A stretch of DNA of 29,514 nucleotides from an uncultured Dehalococcoidia bacterium (GTDB lineage: Bacteria > Chloroflexota > Dehalococcoidia > Lucifugimonadales > UBA3495), in assembly GCA_950072105.1 (NCBI GenBank), contig CATMOE010000045.1, positions 1-29,514 of the forward strand, written 5' to 3'. A program made the translations under genes and the position numbers. Under the pieces are notes generated by a model. That model was not told where the DNA came from, did not search any database, and saw only the letters and a list, made by a program, of their open reading frames with translations. Below are positions 1-8,284 of the stretch, one piece after another. Position 1 is the first letter of the stretch, and each line of letters begins with the position of its first letter.

Positions 1-1348
1 CGGGAGATTGGGGCAACCGCCCGATTTCGATGCCATGTCGGCCTACCGGGGAGTGACCAAGTGGGTGGCGCAGATAAATCAGGCCGAACGTATCCCGGAA
101 ATGATGCGGCGGGCCTACACCTTCCTGCGGTCAGGCCGGGGCTGCCCGGTCATGGTCCAAGTACCCGGCGACGTCGCCTCCGCGGATATTGACGAAGCCG
201 CCTTTGATTACCGCCCGGTCAAGGGTTACAAAAGCTCCGGTGACCCCAGCGACGTAGCCGACGCCGTCAAGGCCCTTTTGGCCGCAAAAAGCCCAATCAT
301 TTACGCGGGACAGGGGATATTGTGGGCCGAAGCCTCGGAGGAACTACGGGAATTTGCCGAGTTGGTGAATGTGCCGGTAATGACCACCAACACCGGCAAG
401 AGCGCCTTCCCGGAGAACCACGCCTTATCCCTGGGCACCGGGGCCGGGACGATGACCAAGATGGCACGCCAATTCCTGGATGATGCGGACCTGGTATTTG
501 GCATCGGGTGCAGCTTCACCACCAATCTAGCTTCCGTGGGCATACCCAAAGGCAAAATTTTGGTCCAATGCACGGTGGATGAGAAGGATCTGAACAAGGA
601 AGAGCAGCTCCACCACGCCATCATCGGCGATGCCCTGTTGGTGCTACAGCAGTTGACCGAAGAAGTGCGGATGCAGGTGGGCGCGGCGGGCCGCCGGGGC
701 AATGGCACAGTGGAGGCTGAGATAAAGCGGGTTAAGGACGAGTGGCTAGGCGAGTGGATGCCCTTGCTTACCTCCGGCGAGGTTCCCATCAACCCTTACC
801 GGATCATCTGGGACTTGATGCACACGGTTGACCGTACCCAGACAGTCGTGACGCACGACTCGGGCCATCCCCGCGACCAAACCATCCCCTTTTACGAGTC
901 CATCGTCCCCCGGGGATACCTGGGCTGGGGGAACTCTTCCCAATTGGGTTATGGCCTGGGCCTGGCCTTGGGAGCAAAGTTGGGCGCTCCGGAAAAGATG
1001 GTCGTCAACATCATGGGAGACGCTGCCATCGGGATGTCCGGTATGGATATTGAAACCGGGGTGCGGCACCAGATACCCATCTTGACGATAGTCCTGAACA
1101 ATCACGTGCTAAGCGGCTACTCCAGAAACTACCCTGTGGCCACCGACAGCTTCGCTTTCACCAACCTGTATGGGGACTATGCCACCCTGGCCCAGTCGTT
1201 GGGGGCCCACGGGGAAAGGGTTGTTGATCCGGGGGAGATAATCCCGGCCATAGGACGGGCCAAGCAAGCGATGGATACCGGACAGCCGGCATTGATCGAG
1301 TTCATGACCAAAGAGGAAAACAACCTGTCCCGCTTCCCGCCCCGGTAA
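1..1348 (+). CDS. Thiamine diphosphate-dependent enzyme (acetolactate synthase large subunit-like superfamily), 5' truncated by window
   Basis: Frame is open from the window start. Central domain PIIYAGQG...PVMTT..GKSAFPENH and ThDP-binding motif GDAA-x24-NN (MGDAAIGMSG...IVLNN). Stop TAA at 1346-1348. Confidence 0.9.
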   Translation, partial: GRLGQPPDFDAMSAYRGVTKWVAQINQAERIPEMMRRAYTFLRSGRGCPVMVQVPGDVASADIDEAAFDYRPVKGYKSSGDPSDVADAVKALLAAKSPIIYAGQGILWAEASEELREFAELVNVPVMTTNTGKSAFPENHALSLGTGAGTMTKMARQFLDDADLVFGIGCSFTTNLASVGIPKGKILVQCTVDEKDLNKEEQLHHAIIGDALLVLQQLTEEVRMQVGAAGRRGNGTVEAEIKRVKDEWLGEWMPLLTSGEVPINPYRIIWDLMHTVDRTQTVVTHDSGHPRDQTIPFYESIVPRGYLGWGNSSQLGYGLGLALGAKLGAPEKMVVNIMGDAAIGMSGMDIETGVRHQIPILTIVLNNHVLSGYSRNYPVATDSFAFTNLYGDYATLAQSLGAHGERVVDPGEIIPAIGRAKQAMDTGQPALIEFMTKEENNLSRFPPR

Positions 1349-1435
1349 GATTTATGCCAAATCAGCCTGAGACTGGACGGGCGTAGCCCTGGTTGGAATA
1401 GCTGGCCCAAAGGGACCGGACAAATTCTGCCTTCG

Positions 1436-1468
1436 CCCCCCTTTCGTAAAGGGGGGTTGGGGGGATTT
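1436..1468. repeat. REP-like palindrome family A (aaatccccccaacccccctttacgaaagggggg), reverse orientation
   Basis: Exact reverse complement of the copies at 12615 and 19605; intergenic. Confidence 0.85.
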
Positions 1469-1489
1469 CCCCCGTTCGGAGAAGACGAT

Positions 1490-2841
1490 ATGCAACACTT
1501 CGACCTGATGGTAATAGGCTCCGGATCCGGCCTTGAAGTCTCCTCCGAGGCGGCGGGTCTTCGATTGTCGGTGGCCATCATCGAAGAAGGCCCTTTCGGC
1601 GGAACCTGCCTGAACCGTGGCTGCATCCCGTCCAAGATGCTTATCCACTGTGCCGACGTGATGGACACCATCAAAACCGCCCATATTTTTGGCATCAAGG
1701 CAACGGTTCAAGGGATAGATTGGCAGGCCATCATTGCCCGCGCCGTTAACGAAGTGGATGCTGATGCCAGGGCCATCGAAGAAGGCAACCGGCAAGCAGA
1801 CAACATCACAGTGTTCAAAGGCCGGGGGCGGTTCCCCTTGAAGTGAACGGGGAGGAAATCTCCGCCGAAACCGTGCTCATCGCCGCCGGAACCAGGCCGA
1901 TGGTGCCCGACATCCCCGGCCTGCAGGGTGTTCCGTATATCACTTCAGACGAGGCTTTGCGTCTCCCAGAACAACCCCGCCGTTTGGCGATTTTGGGAGG
2001 CGGCTACATCGCCGCGGAAATGGCCCACTTCTTCGGCGCTTTGGGAACAGAGGTGACTCTCATCCACCGCGGCCCCCAGTTGCTGCGGGCCGAGGACGAC
2101 GACGTGGCTCGCCGGTTCACCGAAGTGTATCAGCGCAAGATAAACATGCTGCTGAACACCCAGATCTCTCGAGCGGACTCTCGCGGCCATGAGATCGTCT
2201 TGCAAGTGTCATCGGAGGGGAGCACGGCAGAGGTCGTGGCCGACGGGTTGCTGGTAGCCACCGGGCGAGTTCCCAACACGGATTTGCTGAACGTAGCTGC
2301 CACCGGGGTGGAGATTGATGAGCGGGGCTTCGTCAAGACCGACGAATTCCTGGAAACCAACGTACCCGGTATATGGGCGCTGGGGGACATCGTTGGGAAG
2401 TACCTCCTCAAGCACAGTGCCAACCTGGAGGCGGCTTACGCAGCCAATAACATCTTCAATCCAGAGAACAAGTTCGCCGTTGACTACAACGCCATGCCCC
2501 ACGCGATATTCGCTTCGCCTCAGGTGGCTTGTGTTGGCCTGACCGAAAGGGAAGTGAACGACCAGGGTATCGAATACGCCGTCGCCAGCTACGACTACTC
2601 GGATACCGCTTACGGATCGTCCATAGAAGACCGGGATGGCTTTGTAAAGGTCTTGGCCGAACGGCACTCAGGGGAGATTCTGGGCGCTCACATCATCGGG
2701 ACCGACGCTTCTATACTCATTCAAGAAGTGGTCAACGCCATGCGGGCGGGCCTAAATGTGCGTAGTATCACCCAGTCGATCTACGTTCACCCGGCACTGC
2801 CCGAAGTTGTTCAGCGAGCGTTTGGCGAACTCGATCTGTGA
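1490..2841 (+). pseudogene. Class-I pyridine nucleotide-disulfide reductase (mycothione reductase / dihydrolipoamide dehydrogenase-like), frameshifted near 1834-1837
   Basis: N-part from ATG 1490 has GSGSG and the redox disulfide GGTCLNRGCIPSK. C-part in another frame has GGGYIAAE, ATGRVPN, GDIVG, LKHSANLEA and the HPALPE C-terminal motif. The two parts join as ...GRGRF | LEVNGEEI... Could be a real lesion or an assembly error. Confidence 0.8.
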
Positions 2842-2908
2842 CGTTCGATGTAGTGAGAGACGCACCCCCATCCACTCGAATGAACTCTTAGCCTACATCC
2901 GCACCGTT

Positions 2909-4597
2909 TCAGGGACGCATGCGGGTAAAGTCAACATCCTCTTGCCAAACCCGAGGGCGTGGCTCCGAATCTTGCTGCACCATAACGTTGCATAGCCAGT
3001 TGCCGTCGTCCGGTTCGGGGTAATCGCTGCGGTAGTGGGAGCCACGGGACTCCCGGCGGGCCAAAGCGCTTTGGCAAGTCAGCTGGGCGACGGTCAAGAT
3101 GCTTTGGACATCCAGCCACTCTTGCCAGGCCATGTTATACACCTTGATAGCTGGCACGGAGGCTGTTCCGGCCCGTTGGGCGAGTTCTTCCAAAGAGACA
3201 AGGGCCTCCTCAAGCCCAAGGCCGGAACGGACGATTCCGCCTTTGTCCCACATAAGGCTTTCGATCTCTTTCCGTATCGAGTGGATGTTCTCACCACCGT
3301 CTCGGCCCATGGGCAGTGTGGCGTCGCCGATGGCATCATCTATCTGTTTCCCATGCACCACCGGTTGGGAGCGGTCCGAGGCGAACTCCGCCATGGCATC
3401 TCCGGCCAGCGCTCCGAACACCGTGGACTCGGCGACGCCGTTGCCACCCAGCCGGTTGGCTCCGTGAACTCCGCCCGAGTCTTCCCCGGCGACAAACAGC
3501 CCGTCCAGGCCGCTGCGGCACAATTGGTCGATGCGCACGCCACCCATGTGGAAGTGAGCGGTGGGGGAAACTTTGACCGGCTCGCGGCCCAGATCGAAGC
3601 CCACTTCGCGGCACCTGGCCGCCATGCCGGGAAAGGTGCGCTCCACGAATTCGGCCCCCAGGTGGGAAACGTCAAGCAGCACGGCTCCGTCGGGGGTACC
3701 CCGTCCGGCCTGGATCTCCATGTATCCGGCTCGAGACACCATGTCTCGCGTGGACCGCTCCATGCGCTCCGGGTCGTAGCGCTCCATGAACCGTTCGCCC
3801 AGGGCGTTAAGCAGGTAACCACCGGCGCCTCTCAATCCCTCTTCCAGCACCGAGCCGGTGATGATCGTCTCGCCGGCCACCAAGCCGGTGGGATGGAACT
3901 GGTACATCTCCATGTCCTGAAGCACGCAACCGGCCCGGTAACACAAGGCCATGCCATCGCCGCACTTTTCTAGGGACGGCGCGGCGATGGTGTACATCCG
4001 GGCGCCCCCGCCGGTGGACATCAGCGTGGCTTTCGCGTTGACGGCGGTGAATTCGCCGGAACGTATGTCCAGCAATAGCGCTCCTCCCACACCGCCGTTT
4101 TCATCTTTGAGCAGGGAGATGGCCCGTTGCTCATCAAGTAAAGTCAGGTCTGCCATAAGAACGTTTTCTTTCAGACGGGACATTATCTCGATGCCGGTGA
4201 GGTCGCCCCGGTGAACGGTGCGGTCGAAGCTCTGACCGGCGAAGGCCTTTTGCAAGATGTGCCCCTGGGCGTCGCGATCGAAAAAGCAGCCTAGCTGCTC
4301 CAGTTCGGAGATGATTAAGGGGGCATTATTCACCAGGACCCAAGCCAATTCCTGGTTATTTATGAAGGCCCCGCCGCGTATCGTGTCCTCGAAGTGCAGA
4401 TCGAAGGTGTCTTTTGGGTCCATGACGGCGTTGTAGCCCCCCTGTACCATGCGGGTACAGCCGCTCTGTCCCACCAACCCCTTGGCGGCTACAGCGATTT
4501 GGAGGTGTTGGTTCGCCCGCCGGGCGTGAAGCGCCGCCAACAATCCAGCGCCTCCGCCGCCCAGGATCAAGATGTCGGTCTCTAGTTGCTGATACAT
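2909..4597 (-). CDS. sdhA: Succinate dehydrogenase/fumarate reductase-family flavoprotein (TfrA/NadB-like, probably non-covalent FAD)
   Basis: GGGGAG FAD motif, QFHPTG, EGLRGAGG, ERSTRD, TAHFHMGG, HGANRLGGN and RRESRGSHYRSDYP. Divergent from the operon carrying sdhCDB. Symbol is family-level only. Confidence 0.88.
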   Translation of the reverse strand: MYQQLETDILILGGGGAGLLAALHARRANQHLQIAVAAKGLVGQSGCTRMVQGGYNAVMDPKDTFDLHFEDTIRGGAFINNQELAWVLVNNAPLIISELEQLGCFFDRDAQGHILQKAFAGQSFDRTVHRGDLTGIEIMSRLKENVLMADLTLLDEQRAISLLKDENGGVGGALLLDIRSGEFTAVNAKATLMSTGGGARMYTIAAPSLEKCGDGMALCYRAGCVLQDMEMYQFHPTGLVAGETIITGSVLEEGLRGAGGYLLNALGERFMERYDPERMERSTRDMVSRAGYMEIQAGRGTPDGAVLLDVSHLGAEFVERTFPGMAARCREVGFDLGREPVKVSPTAHFHMGGVRIDQLCRSGLDGLFVAGEDSGGVHGANRLGGNGVAESTVFGALAGDAMAEFASDRSQPVVHGKQIDDAIGDATLPMGRDGGENIHSIRKEIESLMWDKGGIVRSGLGLEEALVSLEELAQRAGTASVPAIKVYNMAWQEWLDVQSILTVAQLTCQSALARRESRGSHYRSDYPEPDDGNWLCNVMVQQDSEPRPRVWQEDVDFTRMRP

Positions 4598-4630
4598 AGG
4601 CCCCTGCGCTTGGGTGAATTACTATGGCCA

Positions 4631-4659
4631 AATATAATCTACCGGCAACCCCGCTGCAA
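4631..4659 (-). promoter_or_regulatory. Putative sigma70 promoter of the flavoprotein gene
   Basis: Minus strand TTGCAG-17 nt-TATATT, ending 33 nt upstream of the ATG at 4597. Confidence 0.5.
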
Positions 4660-4684
4660 CGTCCCTGTAGTTCCTTGGCATACC

Positions 4685-4762
4685 GTCATCCCGGCGTAGG
4701 CCGGGGTCCAAGCACACCGCTCTGGGGAAAGTTTCCTGGATTCCGGCCTGCGCCGGGATGAC
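4685..4762. repeat. REP-like inverted pair family B (gtcatcccggcgcaggccggaatcca)
   Basis: Arms 4685-4710 and 4737-4762 are near-perfect inverted repeats; another copy at 13574-13599. Confidence 0.85.
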
Positions 4763-4808
4763 AGTGGAATTCTGAGGTAGAGGCGCCGCGCCCGTATTCG
4801 GGCTTTCC

Positions 4809-4837
4809 TTGACACCCTATGTACCCCTGGCTACAAT
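4809..4837 (+). promoter_or_regulatory. Sigma70 promoter of the hydro-lyase/sdhCDB operon
   Basis: TTGACA (4809-4814), 17 nt spacer, TACAAT (4832-4837); near consensus, about 60 nt upstream of ATG 4900. Confidence 0.75.
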
Positions 4838-4899
4838 CGCCGCCAGAAGCCCACGGACCGGCCCATTTCTCCAGGCATTTCGATGATTAGGAAAGTCTG

Positions 4900-5847
4900 A
4901 TGGTCAGTGCTAGCACCGGTATATCCCAAGAACTGCTGTACCAGGTTGGGTACGAAGTTAATAAAAGGGCCGCCATCGTTGTGCCCCAGGACGGGCTGAC
5001 GGCCTTCGGCAACGCCTGGGAACGGGAAAGCAAGCCCTTGGCCCACTTCATTTTGGGCAAGATTCTGGAGAACGCCAAACTGGCCGTGGCCGACGCCCGC
5101 CCCATGTGCGGCGACACCGGATTGCCCCGCTACTACGTGAAAGTGGGCAACGAGGCTCGCATCGATGGCGGCTTCGTGGCTCTGGAGCGCTCGCTACGCC
5201 GGGCGGTGGCTGACGTTACCCAGGATATCCAGCTTCGGGCCAACAGGGTCCATCCGTTGACCCGCAAAAACCCGGGCAACAACCTGGGGGTGTTCGCGCC
5301 CAACATCGACTACTCTTTCGAACCGGATGGCGATTGGATCGACATCATCGCCGTGCACAAAGGCGGCCTTTTCGGCACCGATTACCGTATGTTGTTTCCC
5401 GCCGACGGCACCGACGGGATCAAGCGGTTCTTGTTGGACAACATGGCTGAGTTTGCCCGCCGGGGCCTTTCCTGCCCGCCCGTAGTGGTGGGAGTGGGAC
5501 TGGGCGGCACCAAGGACCAGGCTGTTTCCCTTTCTAAAGAGGCCGCTTGCTTGCGGCTCATCGGAAACCGGCACCCGGATCCAGTCGTTGCGGTCTTGGA
5601 AGAAGAACTACGGGAGTTGGCTAACAAAACAGGGTTTGGCGTCATGGGTGTCGGCGGCGACACCACGGCACTGGACGTGCACATCGAGATCGCTTACACC
5701 CACACCGGCGGCGTGCCCATCGCCATATCCCAGTTCTGCACCGCTTACCGCCGGGCAGTGGCCCGGATCCACGCCGATGGAGAAGTCGAGTTCCGGGAAG
5801 ACCCTCTCTGGTTCACGGATTACTACCGCCGGGAGGGGATCGACTAG
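4900..5847 (+). CDS. Fe-S hydro-lyase alpha subunit (class I fumarate hydratase / L-tartrate dehydratase alpha family)
   Basis: RPMCGDTG (cf. CQDTG), SCPPVVVGVGLGG, GVMGVGGDTTAL and QFCTAYRR give the three [4Fe-4S] Cys. RBS AGGA upstream. Confidence 0.9.
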   Translation: MVSASTGISQELLYQVGYEVNKRAAIVVPQDGLTAFGNAWERESKPLAHFILGKILENAKLAVADARPMCGDTGLPRYYVKVGNEARIDGGFVALERSLRRAVADVTQDIQLRANRVHPLTRKNPGNNLGVFAPNIDYSFEPDGDWIDIIAVHKGGLFGTDYRMLFPADGTDGIKRFLLDNMAEFARRGLSCPPVVVGVGLGGTKDQAVSLSKEAACLRLIGNRHPDPVVAVLEEELRELANKTGFGVMGVGGDTTALDVHIEIAYTHTGGVPIAISQFCTAYRRAVARIHADGEVEFREDPLWFTDYYRREGID

Positions 5848-5875
5848 AGGCTAATCCGGCAATTTGTTCCATTAG

Positions 5876-5965
5876 TGGTTCGACAAGCCTGTCCTAAGCC
5901 TGCCGAAGGGCTCACCACGAACGGAAGACCGGACTAAGACGGTTTGTCCTGAGCTTGTCGAAGGA
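5876..5965. repeat. REP-like cluster family C (tggttcgacaagctcaccacgaacgg / gtcctgagcttgtcgaagg), nested
   Basis: Matches the copies at 21341-21499. One unit is interrupted by a 23-nt related unit (5888-5910). Confidence 0.8.
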
Positions 5966-6000
5966 CACCGCATCCGAAGAAATTCTCAGGAGTGATGACC

Positions 6001-6675
6001 ATGTCCCAGTATCAGGGACGGGAATGGCACCTTGATTGTCCCTTAACCGGGGAAGACATAGACCAACTTAACGTTGGAGACTTGGTGTACCTGAGCGGCC
6101 CGGTATTCACCGCCCGGGACGGGGTCTATAAACACATGCTGGTGGAGGGCCATGCTCCGCCCATCGATCTGCTTGCCCTGACCAACGTTACCTTCCAATC
6201 AGCCCCCGCCGGAGTGGAGGTATCCCCGGGAAAGTACCACGTGTCTTCCCTGCAAGCCACCGCCGGGTTTCGATACGCCCAGTACATGCCTCAACTACTG
6301 GAGGAGTTCGGCGTCAAGGTTGTGGTCGGCAAGGCGGGCATGTCCGAGGAAGTCTACCGGAACGTGTTCCTAAAGCACGGCGCGGTTTGTCTCACCACCA
6401 TGGGTTACGGACTGGGCGCCATTTACGGCGGCGCCATCAAGGACGTTCTAGGGGTGTACTGGGTGGAGGAGTTGGGTATCTCCGAGGCACTGTGGATACT
6501 GGATCTGGAGCGTTTGGGGCCCCTACTGGTGGAGGGAGACGTTCGGGGTAACAGCTTTTTCGCCGGAGCCAACGAGGAGATCAACCGAAACTTGGGGTCC
6601 TTGTACGAAGGGCTAAAACCTCCGGTCTACAGCCGCTTGGGCGAAGAGCACAAGCCGGAAATCGAGCTCTTTTAG
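6001..6675 (+). CDS. Fe-S hydro-lyase beta subunit (fumarate hydratase / tartrate dehydratase beta family)
   Basis: LNVGDLVYLSGPVFTARD, VVVGKAGM, ELGISEALW and GPLLVEGD motifs. AGGAG at 5988-5992 favours the ATG at 6001. Confidence 0.9.
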   Translation: MSQYQGREWHLDCPLTGEDIDQLNVGDLVYLSGPVFTARDGVYKHMLVEGHAPPIDLLALTNVTFQSAPAGVEVSPGKYHVSSLQATAGFRYAQYMPQLLEEFGVKVVVGKAGMSEEVYRNVFLKHGAVCLTTMGYGLGAIYGGAIKDVLGVYWVEELGISEALWILDLERLGPLLVEGDVRGNSFFAGANEEINRNLGSLYEGLKPPVYSRLGEEHKPEIELF

Positions 6676-6684
6676 GGGATAGCG

Positions 6685-7089
6685 TTGGCTCTTTCTTTCC
6701 GAACTTGGTCCTTGCACGGCAGTGCTTCTCCCGACCGAAACTCGGGAACGCGTGCCGGCTGGTGGGCCTGGTTCCTCCAACGGCTGACGGGAGTGGCGCT
6801 GGTTGGGTATCTATTTCTGCACATCCTCGTTATTTCAACAGTTCAGGCTGGAGAGGACGCATTCAACAGCGTGTTGATCGTGCTCCAGAAGCCCTTCTTC
6901 GTGGTGTTGGACCTCTTTCTCATCGCCGCCGTCGTATATCACGGCTTGAATGGCGTGCGCGTCCTTTTCTTCGATCTGGGAATCGGACTCAAGCAGCAAG
7001 CCGGTATGTTCTGGATCTGCATGGTTCTGACCACGATTATTACAGTGGTGGCGGGATACTTTTCCTTGCCGTTGATATTCCGGAACTGA
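6685..7089 (+). CDS. sdhC: Succinate dehydrogenase cytochrome b subunit
   Basis: WFLQRLTG, YLFLHI and YHGLNGVR; three hydrophobic helices; upstream of sdhD and sdhB. TTG start is uncertain. Confidence 0.88.
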   Translation: MALSFRTWSLHGSASPDRNSGTRAGWWAWFLQRLTGVALVGYLFLHILVISTVQAGEDAFNSVLIVLQKPFFVVLDLFLIAAVVYHGLNGVRVLFFDLGIGLKQQAGMFWICMVLTTIITVVAGYFSLPLIFRN

Positions 7090-7116
7090 ATCGGACAGGA
7101 GCTCAGATCAAGGCTT

Positions 7117-7512
7117 ATGGCCGCGCCGTTAACTGAAAATCAAGCTACTGGAGTAGTTGGATTCTGGCCCTGGTTCTTCCAGCGGATCAGCGGTGTGTTG
7201 CTGATAGCTTTGCTGGCGGTCCATATCTGGATGGGCCACTTTTCCGGACTGCGAGCGGTGATAGAAGGAAGCCAAGAAGAGTTGGTGTTGTACAGCATCG
7301 TGCAGCAACGGCTGGCACAGGGACTCTTCGTATTTGTGGACTTCTCGTTGCTGGGCTTGGTTCTTTACCATGGCCTCAACGGCATGCGCAACATCCTGCT
7401 CGAGTGGCCCGCCGCCGCCCGGCGAGCCCAAGCGATGACTTTGGGTCTGTGGGTCCTGGGCGCTGCCACCTTTGTCTACGGCGCGTGGGCTTTGCTGGCA
7501 TTTATGCTGTGA
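7117..7512 (+). CDS. sdhD: Succinate dehydrogenase membrane anchor subunit
   Basis: WFFQRISG, AVHIW and YHGLNGMRN; three TM segments. Confidence 0.85.
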   Translation: MAAPLTENQATGVVGFWPWFFQRISGVLLIALLAVHIWMGHFSGLRAVIEGSQEELVLYSIVQQRLAQGLFVFVDFSLLGLVLYHGLNGMRNILLEWPAAARRAQAMTLGLWVLGAATFVYGAWALLAFML

Positions 7513-7540
7513 TGGATGAAGTCGAGTTGTTGGACGACAT

Positions 7541-8284
7541 ATGGCGGACATAACTCTCACGATAAAACGAACCGGTGCGGCGGATGAAGCCGGTCCTAGC
7601 TGGCAGAGTTTTCAGGTGCCCGAGATCGCCGAAACCATGAGTGTTTTGGACGCTCTGATATGGGTTCAACAGAACTCGGACCCCACTTTGGCATTCCGCC
7701 GGGCCTGCCGGGTGAAGATGTGCGGCACCTGTGGAGTGGTGATCAACGGGCGTGAAGGTTTAGCCTGCGGCACGCTGGTGCGGAGCCTGGTGGGAGACCG
7801 GGGTGGCGAAGTGCGGGTGGAACCTATGCGGCATCTGCCGGTGGTGCGGGACCTGGTGACCGACCCTGGGGTTTTCTACCAGCACTTGGCCGGGGCAGGC
7901 GCTGCGTTTTCCCCCAAAGACGGCGGCCAGGAACCGGCAGAGATCTTGCCGGACTCCAAGGAACGGAAGACGATCGACCCCCACCGGGAATGCATCTACT
8001 GCGGCCTGTGCTACTCGGCGTGTTCCGTGGCTGGGCTGGACTCGGGTTTCCTGGGTCCGGCGGCCTTGAACCGGGCGTTCACCCTGGTATCCGACAGCCG
8101 GGACGGGGGCGGTAAACAACGATTGCAAGCAGTCGCCGATGAGCAGGGAATATGGCGGTGCCACACGATTTTCGAGTGCACGGCAGTCTGCCCTAAGGGG
8201 ATCCCCATCACCGCGGCCATCCAGGGGCTGAAGCGAAAGGTAGTTGTAAGCAAGCTTAAGGGTCTGATTGGGCTGGATCGGTAG
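7541..8284 (+). CDS. sdhB: Succinate dehydrogenase/fumarate reductase iron-sulfur subunit
   Basis: ACRVKMCGTC...LAC [2Fe-2S], CIYCGLCYSAC and CHTIFECTAVCP ([4Fe-4S]/[3Fe-4S]). Confidence 0.93.
   Translation: MADITLTIKRTGAADEAGPSWQSFQVPEIAETMSVLDALIWVQQNSDPTLAFRRACRVKMCGTCGVVINGREGLACGTLVRSLVGDRGGEVRVEPMRHLPVVRDLVTDPGVFYQHLAGAGAAFSPKDGGQEPAEILPDSKERKTIDPHRECIYCGLCYSACSVAGLDSGFLGPAALNRAFTLVSDSRDGGGKQRLQAVADEQGIWRCHTIFECTAVCPKGIPITAAIQGLKRKVVVSKLKGLIGLDR

Noticed and set aside
1844..1846. UGA ending the first half of the disulfide reductase as a second Sec codon
   Set aside because: Homology continues in a different frame, so this is a frameshift rather than read-through.
3035..3973. 312-aa plus-strand ORF
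   Set aside because: Antisense shadow of the flavoprotein gene.
2909..4597. Calling the flavoprotein L-aspartate oxidase (nadB)
   Set aside because: No nadA/nadC nearby, and sdhCDB without its own A subunit lies in the divergent operon.
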